DNA from: Acidobacteriota bacterium
GTDB taxonomy: Bacteria > Acidobacteriota > Blastocatellia > RBC074
Length of the DNA stretch: 64,000 nt
Direction: 5' to 3'
Assembly (NCBI GenBank): GCA_037439425.1
Contig: JBBIWA010000014.1
Coordinates: 29,781-93,780 of the forward strand
In this document: one piece after another, positions 30,049 through 42,195 of the stretch
Position numbering within the stretch: the first letter of the stretch is position 1
How the letters are laid out: every line of letters starts with the position of its first letter
Made by a program: the position numbers and the translations under genes
Notes under the pieces: generated by a model
Database searches by the model: none
What the model was told of the DNA's origin: nothing
The model's input: only the letters and a program-made list of their open reading frames with translations

Positions 30049-31035
30049 ATGACAAAGAGCAGCCTGATGCTCCCAGTCTTGCTTGCCCTCCTAGCTGGCT
30101 TATTCGGCGCGCAAAAGCCAGAGAGAGAGCCAGGCAGATTGTTTCCTGTTATTCAGAATGACCTGTGGGGCTATATAGATCGAACGGGGAAGATCGTCAT
30201 CCAACCGCAATTCGACAGCGCTGGGGACTTCTCCGAAGGGCTGGGGCGCGTCTCTCTTGATGGCCAGTGGGGTTATGTAGACAGAAGCGGGCGGATCGCT
30301 ATCAAACCACAGTTTGATGACTATGCCGGCGACTTTTCCGGCGGCTTGGCGCTGGTACGAATTGGCGGCAAGTACGGTTACATTGATCAGACAGGGCAGC
30401 TCGTTATCAAACCGCAATTCGATGAGGCACTGAACTTTTCTGAACACTTTGCCCCTGTCCGGATCGGCTCCAAGTGGGGCTACATTGCCAAAACCGGCGG
30501 TGTGATCTTCCAGCCACAGTTTGACCGTGCTGAAGTCTTCTCCGAAGCTCTGGCAGCGGTACAAATTGAGGGTAAAGAAGGCTACCTGGATAAAACGGGG
30601 AAGCTTGCCATCAAACCTCAGTTTGATTTTGCTGGGAATTTCTCCGAAGCGCTGGCCCCGGTGCAGATCGGTGATCGGTGGGGCTATATTGACCGGACCG
30701 GAAGAATCGTCATTGGGCCTCAGTTTGACGACGCGGGAAATTTTTCCGAAGCGTTGGCCTCAGTGCAGATCGGCGGCAAGTATGGCTACATTAACAAAGC
30801 GGGGCAAAGAGTCATCGCTCCGCAATTTGATCTTGCCGAGGCCTTTTCCGAAGGTCTGGCACGCGTGCACAGGGGCGACCAATGGGGCTACATTGATAAG
30901 AGAGGAAAGATCCTCATCGAGCCACAATTTGATCAGGCGGGCGACTTCTCCGGAGGGCTGGCACGTGTGGAGCTGGATGACAAGGTGGGCTACATTGACC
31001 AAAGAGGAAAGTTTGTGTGGCCGCTCTCAAACTAG
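30049..31035 (+). CDS. WG-repeat (KWG/WGYID) beta-propeller-like secreted protein, about 10 tandem repeats of about 30 aa
   Basis: Signal peptide, then the repeating unit xQFDxAxxFSEGLAxVxxxxKWGYIDxTGKxVIxP about 10 times. Confidence 0.75.
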   Translation: MTKSSLMLPVLLALLAGLFGAQKPEREPGRLFPVIQNDLWGYIDRTGKIVIQPQFDSAGDFSEGLGRVSLDGQWGYVDRSGRIAIKPQFDDYAGDFSGGLALVRIGGKYGYIDQTGQLVIKPQFDEALNFSEHFAPVRIGSKWGYIAKTGGVIFQPQFDRAEVFSEALAAVQIEGKEGYLDKTGKLAIKPQFDFAGNFSEALAPVQIGDRWGYIDRTGRIVIGPQFDDAGNFSEALASVQIGGKYGYINKAGQRVIAPQFDLAEAFSEGLARVHRGDQWGYIDKRGKILIEPQFDQAGDFSGGLARVELDDKVGYIDQRGKFVWPLSN

Positions 31036-31101
31036 GGCTGTCACGGCGCCCTCTCAGAAAGGCCATGAAAATCGCCGAGCCACTCTCCCTATCTTCTCAA
31101 A

Positions 31102-31530
31102 CTAGGGCTGTAGCGGCGCCTCTTCAGAAAGGTGTGCCACCCCTTCCATCTCGATCAAGGCCTCGTTATTGAAAAGGCTCTTGACCTCGAAGAAAGCCAT
31201 CGCCGGGTAATGATCGCCAAAGTAAGTGCGATGGATTTTGCCCAGTTCGCGCAGGTGAGCCAGATAAGCAGCGCGATCCGTCACAAAGATGTTGAGCTTG
31301 ACGATGTTGGTTAATCGGCCGCCGGCTGCTTCAACCACAGCTTTGAGGTTCTTGATCACCTGTTCATACTGCGCTACCAGATCGCCCGGTGAGGCGATCT
31401 TTCCTTCCCGGTCGCTACCATCTTGCCCGGCCAGAAACAACAATCGTCCAGGACCGCTAACTAGAATGCCGTGACTAAATCCGCGCGGCGGCACCAGCTC
31501 TGATGGATTGATCACTCGTTTGTCACTCAT
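31102..31530 (-). CDS. RidA/YjgF family reactive-intermediate deaminase
   Basis: About 140 aa with RidA-family blocks (NIVKLNIFVTD, ...MEGVAHL). The start overlaps the crotonase stop (ATGA). Confidence 0.8.
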   Translation of the reverse strand: MSDKRVINPSELVPPRGFSHGILVSGPGRLLFLAGQDGSDREGKIASPGDLVAQYEQVIKNLKAVVEAAGGRLTNIVKLNIFVTDRAAYLAHLRELGKIHRTYFGDHYPAMAFFEVKSLFNNEALIEMEGVAHLSEEAPLQP

Positions 31531-32321
31531 CGTCCTGTAAACTCCGGGGTTCGTTTCTCCTGGTAAGCCTCATAAAAGCGGCGATGATCTTCGCCCATTA
31601 ACAACAATGCCTGCGCTTGCGCTTCAGCTTCGATAGCCGAAGCTAAATCCATGCTCCATTCGTTGTTGACCATGATCTTAGTCATCGAAAGCGCCAGCGC
31701 CGGCCCTTTCACCAACCGCGCTGCCCATTCGCGCGTTGTTTCCATTAATGCCTCGTGCGCGACCACGCGATTGACCAGGCCGTAGCGCTCGGCTGTGACA
31801 GCATCTATCGTGTCACCTAGCAGCAACAATTCCATCGCCCGGCCTGTGCCCACAACTCGCGGCAACAGATAAGCCGCGCCCATGTCGGCTCCGGTCAGTC
31901 CCACTTTAGTGAAGAGGAAAGCAAATTTGGCTTGCTCTGAAGCCAGGCGCAGATCAGCAGCCAGCGCGATGACTGCCCCAGCGCCAGCGGCCATGCCGTT
32001 CACAGCGGCAATGATAGGTTTATCGAGCGTGCGCATATTCTGAACCACCGCTCCGGTCAGGCGCGCAAACTCCAGATGCCCGCGCATATCGCGCGCGAGC
32101 AACTCGCCGATGATTTTGTGGACATCGCCGCCCGCACAAAATGCTTTGCCCCGCCCAGTAACAATGAGCACTTTGACCTGCTCATCGCGGCGCAACTCGG
32201 CAAGCAGATCGCGAAACTGCGCGTAGATGTCAAAGGTCAAAGCATTGAGCACGTCGGGGCGATTGAAAGTCACCGTCGCCACTTGATCTTGAACTTCGTA
32301 CAGGAAATCGTCAGCCATCAC
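31527..32321 (-). CDS. Enoyl-CoA hydratase/isomerase (crotonase) family protein
   Basis: VTFNRPDVLNALT...GKAFCAGGDV oxyanion-hole motif. Length about 260 aa. Confidence 0.85.
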   Translation of the reverse strand: MMADDFLYEVQDQVATVTFNRPDVLNALTFDIYAQFRDLLAELRRDEQVKVLIVTGRGKAFCAGGDVHKIIGELLARDMRGHLEFARLTGAVVQNMRTLDKPIIAAVNGMAAGAGAVIALAADLRLASEQAKFAFLFTKVGLTGADMGAAYLLPRVVGTGRAMELLLLGDTIDAVTAERYGLVNRVVAHEALMETTREWAARLVKGPALALSMTKIMVNNEWSMDLASAIEAEAQAQALLLMGEDHRRFYEAYQEKRTPEFTGR

Positions 32322-32425
32322 TCAATCCTCAATTCATCTCTTGGGGAGACCCACATCTTGCGTGTTTATCTTCAGTCAATGACCTGCTAGGGAAAAGCAG
32401 GCACGCTCCCCGGCGTGCCTCTCAA

Positions 32426-33898
32426 TCAAAGGTTCCACCGCGGCGCCACGAGGCGACGTTTGCCATCCTCGCTTAAGGTGATCCCGGGTTCGTCAAGCTG
32501 CTTGCGATCCCACAGCTTGCAGGTCACCTGCTTGTGCAACTGATCAAGCGCTTCGCAGTAATTGGTGAATTCGCAGCGCCGGATCTCAGCTCCGCGCCCG
32601 AGCTTCATCTTCAAAAACCAGTCCGGGTCGGCCAGTGACTGACGCGCAGCGGCGATGATATCAGCTTCACCGCGACGCAGGATGCCTTCAGCTAGTTCAA
32701 AAGTGGCAATGCCGCCTGAAGTCACTACGGGAGTTGAGTAGCCTGCCTCATTCACTGCGCGCTTGATTGCGGCTGCTAGCGGGACGTTGCGCCCGAATGG
32801 CCCTCGTTGATCCGAGTTCACCGTCGGCATGCACTCATACCCGCTGCGGCCCGTGTAGGGATAAACGGCCTGGCCGACCTTCGGTTGTCTGGCATCCTCG
32901 AACTTGCCGCCTTTGGAAATCGAAAGGTAGTCGAAGCCCGCGCGCGCAAACTCAAGGCCGAAGTAGACAGCCTCTTCGATGCGATTGCCGCCTTCGATGA
33001 CCTCATCACCAAGAAAGCGCACTCCCACCACGTAGTCATCGCCGACACGCTCACGCACCGCGCGATATACCTCTAGCGGCAGCCGCGCGCGGTTTTCGCA
33101 AGGCCCGCCATACCCATCAGGCCGCGTGTTGAGCGCACTCAAAAACGAAGCCATGGTGTAAGCATGTGCGTAGTGCAGCTCAACACCATCAAAGCCAGCT
33201 TCGCGCGCGCGCCAGGCCGCAGCGGCGAAAATCTCAGGTAAGACTTGTGGCAGCTCACGAATGTGAGGCAGATGCATGTCCGTCACGCGCTCGCGGTAGC
33301 CATAGCGCAGCGCTTCAAGCTCGCGTTCATCGAGCAGCCGATCGTGCCACTCATCCGGCGCGGCTTTGAGAAAAGTGCGGATCTCTGCTTCATCCGCTTC
33401 GAGCCAGCGCGCCTCCTGCGTTATTTCAGCCAGCTTATGCCGATGCCGCTCGGTCACCGTCAGGAAGCGGTCGAAGTATTTGTCCTTTGGCGGCCGGCGC
33501 TTGACCGCGAGAAAATCAATGATCTGAATGAAGAGGCGCGTTTGCCCGCCGCTTTCTCGGCGCACGGTTTCGACCAGTTCACGCAATCCTGGAATGAAAC
33601 GATCGTGCCCGATGCGCAGCAGCGGCCCGCTCGGAATATCGCGGATGCCGGTCGCTTCGACCACAATGGCTCCCGGCTGCCCCTGAGCAAAACGGGCATA
33701 CCACTCGAGGATGTGACGCGTGACCTGTCCCTCTTCTGTGGCGCGCCACGGCACCATTGCTGGAACCCACGTGCGGCTTTCCAGCCAGATTGGTCCAATT
33801 TGAATCGGACTGAAGAGAAGCGAAGTGGCCGCTTCTTCCGCCGTTGGCCAACGTGCTTCAGGAAGCGAATACCGGATTGGATTCTCAGGGTGCCACAT
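32426..33898 (-). CDS. NADH:flavin oxidoreductase / Old Yellow Enzyme family (TIM-barrel FMN reductase) with an N-terminal extension
   Basis: IQIGPIWLESRTWVPAMVPW...GAIVVEATGIRDIPSGPLLRIGHDRFIPGLRELV...RLFIQIIDF has the typical OYE N-terminal blocks. The C-terminal GGIATFELAEGILRRGEADIIAAAR is the OYE phosphate/FMN-binding strand. Confidence 0.8.
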   Translation of the reverse strand: MWHPENPIRYSLPEARWPTAEEAATSLLFSPIQIGPIWLESRTWVPAMVPWRATEEGQVTRHILEWYARFAQGQPGAIVVEATGIRDIPSGPLLRIGHDRFIPGLRELVETVRRESGGQTRLFIQIIDFLAVKRRPPKDKYFDRFLTVTERHRHKLAEITQEARWLEADEAEIRTFLKAAPDEWHDRLLDERELEALRYGYRERVTDMHLPHIRELPQVLPEIFAAAAWRAREAGFDGVELHYAHAYTMASFLSALNTRPDGYGGPCENRARLPLEVYRAVRERVGDDYVVGVRFLGDEVIEGGNRIEEAVYFGLEFARAGFDYLSISKGGKFEDARQPKVGQAVYPYTGRSGYECMPTVNSDQRGPFGRNVPLAAAIKRAVNEAGYSTPVVTSGGIATFELAEGILRRGEADIIAAARQSLADPDWFLKMKLGRGAEIRRCEFTNYCEALDQLHKQVTCKLWDRKQLDEPGITLSEDGKRRLVAPRWNL

Positions 33899-34302
33899 TC
33901 TTGGAGAGAGAGATCAGGGGCAGTCGATAACCACCACACCCGCCAGGTTGCTTCCCTGCCCCTCTTCGCGATCTGTCGTTTCTAACGCCGAGGCCTCTCG
34001 GACTCCCATTACAATTCCCCCTGCTGGAGTTATAGCGGAGTTCAATCGGACGCCCAGAAGAAGCAACCAAGTAGCTGACCACCGGCTACGGATGAGTGGT
34101 GACTAAGGTCAAGATCAAATTGCTGCTGGCCCATAAATCTCTCCCTCACCCTCAGGGGACGGCTTTCAGGCTTCAGTGGTCAGTAAGAGGCAGACTTTCC
34201 GAACGCACAATCAAAACTCTGTAAGTCGACGACAGCTGTCAACCAACAGCCAGGAACACTGCAGTCTTAATCCATCGCTAGCACTAGAAACTGCGCGGAT
34301 TA

Positions 34303-35445
34303 TCATTCAGCTTCTTTGTTGGCCAACCAGCGCTCATAAGCGGCAATAAATTCGGGGTCCCGCTTCTTCAAATTCTCATACGTGATCCGGCCACTGCGAG
34401 TCATGATCTTGTAGGCGAAAGGCAATGGATCCAGATGCAGCTCTTCGTGGATATTCTCTAGCAGCAGGAGGCTGGAAAGAGCAGCCTCTTGCAAGCTCTC
34501 GACCACTGGTCTTCTCACTCTCTCGAACTCACTGAGCGCGGCCGCGACTGTTGAGTGCTGGGCAAAACAACCGGCCAGCGCGATGGCATCTTCCAGCGCC
34601 AGCTTGGTTCCTGAACCAATCGAGAAATGAGCTGTATGCAGGGCGTCGCCCAAGAGCACCACATTTTCGTGGCTCCAACGCTGATTCTTCACCAGCGTAA
34701 AGTTGAGCCACCTGACATAGTTCTTTGAAAGCAGCGGACAGCCGCCAAGGTCCTTCCTGAAGACTTCGGCCAGATAAAGGCAAGTCTCCTGCTCAGACAT
34801 GCACTCAAATCCCGCCTGCGCCCAGGTCTGCTCGCTACATTCTACGATAAAAGTGCTCCTCGTCTGATCGAACTTGTAGGAATGGGCGATGAAGAGACCA
34901 GCTTCGTGCTTGCGGAAAGTGAGCCTCAGGCCGTGGAACAACCGAGGCGTCCCTAGCCAGATGTACTTGTTCTTGCGCACATCCAGCACCGGCTCGAAGA
35001 ATTGGCTGTAGGTGCGCCGCACCAGACTGTTGACGCCATCAGCCCCAACCAGCAGATCACAATCGGCCAGCTCACCGATCTCATTTACGTTGGTATGAAA
35101 GCGAAGATCAACGCCCAGCTCCCGGCATCGTTGGTGCAGAATGTTGAGAAACTTGATACGAGCGATCCCGGAAAACCGATTGCCTCGGATGCTCACCTTC
35201 TGATCCTGGTGGACGATCTCTACGTTGTCCCAGATCTGGCAACTGTTGATGATCTGCCAGTAGGAGGGATAGTCGCTCTCTTTGAGGTAAGAAAAGGTTT
35301 GATCCGAAAAGACGATGCCCCAACCAAAGGTATCGTTGGGGCCATCGCGCTCCAGAATCGTGATCTCGTGGGCCGGATTGAGTTGCTTGATGAGAATGGC
35401 GAAATACAATCCGGCCGGCCCGCCACCGATGATATTGATCTTCAT
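34303..35445 (-). CDS. Class A FAD-dependent monooxygenase (salicylate / 2-aminobenzoyl-CoA monooxygenase-like)
   Basis: N-terminal Rossmann motif MKINIIGGGPAGLYFA, DG motif and C-terminal VVLLGDALHTAHFSIGSGTKLALEDA (GD...G.G motif). Confidence 0.8.
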   Translation of the reverse strand: MKINIIGGGPAGLYFAILIKQLNPAHEITILERDGPNDTFGWGIVFSDQTFSYLKESDYPSYWQIINSCQIWDNVEIVHQDQKVSIRGNRFSGIARIKFLNILHQRCRELGVDLRFHTNVNEIGELADCDLLVGADGVNSLVRRTYSQFFEPVLDVRKNKYIWLGTPRLFHGLRLTFRKHEAGLFIAHSYKFDQTRSTFIVECSEQTWAQAGFECMSEQETCLYLAEVFRKDLGGCPLLSKNYVRWLNFTLVKNQRWSHENVVLLGDALHTAHFSIGSGTKLALEDAIALAGCFAQHSTVAAALSEFERVRRPVVESLQEAALSSLLLLENIHEELHLDPLPFAYKIMTRSGRITYENLKKRDPEFIAAYERWLANKEAE

Positions 35446-35488
35446 CCTTCAGACCTCAGACCTGCTGATCTTACCGCTTTCGAGCAGG

Positions 35489-38266
<2,778 letters not shown>

Positions 38267-38612
38267 CATAAAGAGCCTCCTTGTTAGTTGTCGGGGATGA
38301 GCCTGGCAGATAAGCTTTCGGCAACTGCACACCACAGAAAGTGACCTTGTCAGAGTATAAGCACCGAGTGGGATTCTATGATTGCGCTCGCAGATAAGTC
38401 AATGATGATGGCAGTTCTCAAACAGGCCCGGCCTTGATCTTGCCAGGGCAGGTACGCGTCTTGCGCGCTAGACTTGAGACCAGATCAACTCATCCGGCAG
38501 GGGCCGAGCGAACTCTTGTGGGCCAAAGAGCTATGCTGCTTGATCCACTCCCCTCTCCCACTACTCTCAGCGCGCCTCCCGCGCGAGTACCCAGGGAGGC
38601 TGGAAATCTATC

Positions 38613-38640
38613 TTGAGCTTCGCTCGTTTCTCGCTATAAT
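38613..38640 (+). promoter_or_regulatory. Candidate sigma70-type promoter (TTGAGC - 16 nt - TATAAT) upstream of the carbonic anhydrase gene
   Basis: Hexamers read directly with 16-nt spacing. A stem-loop caggcatcaggcccccatgcctg follows in the 5' leader. Confidence 0.4.
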
Positions 38641-38740
38641 TCAGCCCGCCCCAGGCATCAGGCCCCCATGCCTGAAACAACCCACCTGCTTTGACAGACG
38701 ACAACCCTTCTACTCCAAATCAGCGAAAAGGAAATTCGAG

Positions 38741-39619
38741 ATGAAAGCAAATCACTTTGATAGAACTGTCACACGGTTGTTTCAAGCTCTGGCCATCGGG
38801 CTGATTCTGGCTCTGGGGATTGCTTCGATCAGTTGCAGTTCTGAGAAATCTGCGGAAGCTGAAGAATCACACGAGGAAGAAGAATTCTCAAAGTCCAGCA
38901 AGAAAAAGTCTAGAGCTTACGACGAAGACGAAGATCAAAGCGAGGAGGCGGAAGACTCGCTTGACAAGACGGCAAGTCATAAATCAGATGACGCAGGCAA
39001 AAACTCGCACGCCGCCTCAGGGCATTCTTCGCCCAAGCCACCCATGTCGCCTGAACAAGCTTTGGCGCGCTTGAAAGAAGGCAATGAGAACTTCCTCAAA
39101 GGAATGATCAGTTTTGAGCACCTGGCCGAGGCGCATCGCACTGCTCTGGCTGGTGGCCAACGCCCCTTTGCGATGGTGCTCTCCTGCGCTGACTCGCGCG
39201 TGCCGCCAGAGCAGGTCTTCGCTCAAGGGCTGGGCGATATTTTCACCGTCCGTGTGGCAGGCAATATTGCCGAGCCAGCGACGATTGCCAGTCTCGAATA
39301 CGCTGCTGCGCATCTGGGAACTCCGTTGCTGGTCATTATGGGCCATACTGAATGCGGCGCAGTCAAGGCCGCTATGGCCGGAGCCAGCGACACACCTAGC
39401 ATCACCCAACTGGTCAAAGCCATTCAGCCCGCAGTCGCGAAGTATTCAAAGACTGGTGACACAGCATCTGCAGTGCGAGCCAATGTCAGTCATGCCCACG
39501 AGGAACTGCTACGCCAAAGCAAACTGCTCAGCGACCTGGTAGACGAAAAGAGACTTAAGGTGGTGGAAGCAGTCTATAACTTAAAGACCGGACGGGTCAA
39601 GTTTGAGTCAGGCCAGTAG
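38741..39619 (+). CDS. Beta-class carbonic anhydrase with lipoprotein signal and an acidic low-complexity linker
   Basis: Signal/lipobox ...GIASISCSS. An acidic/Ser/Lys-rich linker. Beta-CA zinc ligands CADSRVPPE and HTECGAV. Confidence 0.85.
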   Translation: MKANHFDRTVTRLFQALAIGLILALGIASISCSSEKSAEAEESHEEEEFSKSSKKKSRAYDEDEDQSEEAEDSLDKTASHKSDDAGKNSHAASGHSSPKPPMSPEQALARLKEGNENFLKGMISFEHLAEAHRTALAGGQRPFAMVLSCADSRVPPEQVFAQGLGDIFTVRVAGNIAEPATIASLEYAAAHLGTPLLVIMGHTECGAVKAAMAGASDTPSITQLVKAIQPAVAKYSKTGDTASAVRANVSHAHEELLRQSKLLSDLVDEKRLKVVEAVYNLKTGRVKFESGQ

Positions 39620-39656
39620 ACAAACAAAGGGGAAAAGCGATGCGTTGCTTTTCCCC
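39620..39656. terminator. Bidirectional intrinsic terminator between convergent genes (perfect 10-bp stem GGGGAAAAGC/GCTTTTCCCC)
   Basis: Stem-loop visible. A T-run on the minus strand (tttgtttgt). Confidence 0.55.
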
Positions 39657-39666
39657 ATCAGGAAGA

Positions 39667-40422
39667 CTAGGGCTGAGCGATCTTCGCAATACTGACGATA
39701 ACGATCTTAGTCACTCCTTTGCCTTCGTCTATGATGCTGATGTTTTTGCTGCCATTCTCCATTTTGACAGTGAGCACCACGGTCCGATTGCCGCCACTTG
39801 AGCTTTCAAACGTATTAGTGATCTCAGCGGCGAGTTCTCCTTTGTAAAAAGCAACCACCTCGTCCAGGCTATCGGTGGTAGTGAAAGTAACTGCGCTAAA
39901 ACTTCCCTTGCCTTCCTTACTCGCCCCTGAAATACTGAATGAGCCACCACTCTCATCGGCTTTAGCGCCGGGATAGATCGGCACGCCCAGTTGTTCTTCA
40001 GAGACCTCCCCTTTGGCTGAGATATTGAGATCACCACCCGGCGTCTTGATATTGAGTTCAGGCTGACCACCGGGACCTTCTTTGACGGAAATATTTTCTG
40101 CCGCTCTTTTGAGAAAGATACCGATGCCAACGACCGCCGTGACGAAGAGAATGACAAGCAGGCCAAGAGTGATCAATACCACTTTGAGCGCGGTGCTTGA
40201 TCTCTTCGGTGGCGCACCCATTGGGGACGCTCCATAAGGCGACGCCGGATATGAGCCAGGTGGCGGCTGATATGGCGAGGTCGGGGGCGGAGACATCGGG
40301 CGCGCAGGGGCCTCTGAAACTCGAGCCGCAGGCGCTCCGCAAGATTGGCAGAATTTCGCGCCCTCTCTGATTTGGTTTCCACAATTTGCGCAATAGATTG
40401 CCATAACTCTCTCCTCGATCAA
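39667..40422 (-). CDS. Zinc-ribbon domain membrane protein with a Pro/Tyr-rich linker, single TM helix and an about 150-aa extracytoplasmic domain
   Basis: N-terminal CANCGNQIREGAKFCQSCG zinc ribbon, a proline-rich tract, the TM helix ALKVVLITLGLLVILFVTAVVGIGIFL and a beta-rich C-terminal domain. Confidence 0.6.
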   Translation of the reverse strand: MIEERVMAIYCANCGNQIREGAKFCQSCGAPAARVSEAPARPMSPPPTSPYQPPPGSYPASPYGASPMGAPPKRSSTALKVVLITLGLLVILFVTAVVGIGIFLKRAAENISVKEGPGGQPELNIKTPGGDLNISAKGEVSEEQLGVPIYPGAKADESGGSFSISGASKEGKGSFSAVTFTTTDSLDEVVAFYKGELAAEITNTFESSSGGNRTVVLTVKMENGSKNISIIDEGKGVTKIVIVSIAKIAQP

Positions 40423-40484
40423 GCTGCTTCAGCTTTCAGAGCTAATAACCTTACTCATCGCGCCTGCCAGCACGCGATCCCCAA

Positions 40485-41031
40485 TTACCCAGCCTGCTGC
40501 TCGGCCAGGTCGCCAATCACTGGAAGCTTGAAGCGCTCGTTTTGATAAGCTTTGTACATCAGGTACAACCACAACAGAAAGCCGCCCAGGCTGACTGCCA
40601 AAAAAATCAAACTGCCCAAAAATCCCAGCCCCCAGGGAAGCACACTTGAAATGATTGAGCTGGCGATTACCAACACAATCCAGGCCACGTGAAAGAAGAT
40701 CGCTTGAAAAGCGTGAAACCGCACAAACCGGTCTTTGTTATACGGATCCAGCACCAAGAAAACGATGCCAGTAATCAATCCGAGCACATAGCAAAGCAAG
40801 CCGGCAATATTCGGTTGCAAGCCGCCAGCCGATGCTTGACCTTGATATTGTGGGTACTGATATCCCGGCGGTGATTGGTATGACGGTGGCGTTTGATACG
40901 GTGGTGGTGGTGTAACGACAGGCGCTTCCTGCGGCGGCTGAGTCGGAGTAACGGCCGCTCCGCATTTATTACAGAATCTCGCGCCCTCGACCGTTAAGGG
41001 GTTTCCGCAATGGATACAGAATTTGGGCATA
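40485..41031 (-). CDS. Zinc-ribbon domain membrane protein with a DUF4870-like multi-TM C-terminus
   Basis: CIHCGNPLTVEGARFCNKCG zinc ribbon, PPPYQTPPSYQSPPGYQYPQYQ linker, then the TM region LCYVLGLITGIVF...FVRFHAFQAI typical of DUF4870. AAGGAGAAGACCT RBS before the ATG at 41031. Confidence 0.7.
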
Positions 41032-41450
41032 GGTCTTCTCCTTAGAAAATCCTGGGCAGGCACGCATCCTTACTTGCCTGCCTTCGTTAAGCAAGCCATT
41101 ACTGGAGACCGATCACGCTAGATCAGCGTGCTTGCCCGCGCGCTGCGCGCAAGCAGGCGCTCCAAGTTTTTCATCATCTCAGGGCGTCGTCCGTGACGAC
41201 CTGCAAGACTCCTGCGGAAGATCCTGGGAGCGCACGCATCCTTGCGTGCTCGCCTAGTTAAGAGTGAAAATCTTGCACGCTCGCAAGCGTGCGCTCCTAG
41301 GTTTTCATCATTTCTCCCGTGTCGTCCGTGACGACCTGCAAGACTCCCGCGGAAAATTCTGGGTACGCTGCCCGTCTTGCCTGCAAAGCATTTTCGTGGC
41401 TCTCGGGGCGTCGTCAAAGACAAGGTGTAAAAACTCCCCAGAAAATGCCA
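41032..41450. repeat. REP/BIME-like structured repeat cluster (about 2.3 tandem copies of an about 170-bp unit), homologous to 12606-12850
   Basis: Units start with gaaaatcctggg/gaagatcctggg/gaaaattctggg. Each carries the hairpins GCACGC-atcctt-GCGTGC, GCACGCT-N5-AGCGTGC and GTCGTCcgtGACGAC. Confidence 0.7.
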
Positions 41451-42195
41451 GGCCAAGCGGTTAGTTGGCACTTGTCTCCTGCGAAACCAGGTGTGGCGTA
41501 AGTTGCCAACTGGCGCTCCAGTATTTTCATTCTTCGGTGCATGCACTTGCCTGCGCGCCGCGCGCAAGCAGGTGAGCACTGCGCAGACGTTAGTTTGACA
41601 AGGTCTCAAAGATTAAAGTGTAAGCCAAGCACCTGTCACTCGCTGACCTGAGGGATCTGCCTGTACAGACTCAGGATGAGCCTAAATGATCAATTCGGGA
41701 TTGTCAACGTCTGTGGCCCTAGCAGATTGAGCTGATCGGCTGCGGCCCACAGTCGGTGCGCCAAGCAGAACTTGGTAGGCATCAAGCAGCTAACCTTATT
41801 TCGATTCGCTACCAGAGGTCTCATCAGGTCTGGCCTGTTATTGAGCAGACAGACTCGAAGAGTCACCACTTTCTCACCACCCGCCTCGCTGCAGCGGCCA
41901 GGCAGAAGCATTGGTCCGAGCCCCAATCAGGTTACATCCCCCTGCGACTGGCCCACTACTGATCGGCAAAGCTTCTCCTGAGAGGGTAGAAATCTCTTCT
42001 CCTTTCAGAATCAGGTACCACAAGCAGAAAAATCTCTTCTCTACTCTCACCTTGATTATGCGCCCAATTCGGCCTCTGCACTCTTTGTGTTGCAATAGTC
42101 GATAAGCCGTTTTTCGTGCAAAATCTGGGTGAGAAGATAAGATTAGGAGAGGAGCCTGGAGTATAAACTGAACATCTGTATTCCATCTAATCGCT

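Noticed and set aside
41118-41609. 163-aa minus-strand ORF inside the REP cluster (also 41690-42421 small ORFs)
   Set aside because: The translation is Arg/Ala-rich repeat-derived sequence (RIFRGSLAGRHGR appears twice). There is no RBS, and it follows the repeat periodicity rather than a coding pattern.
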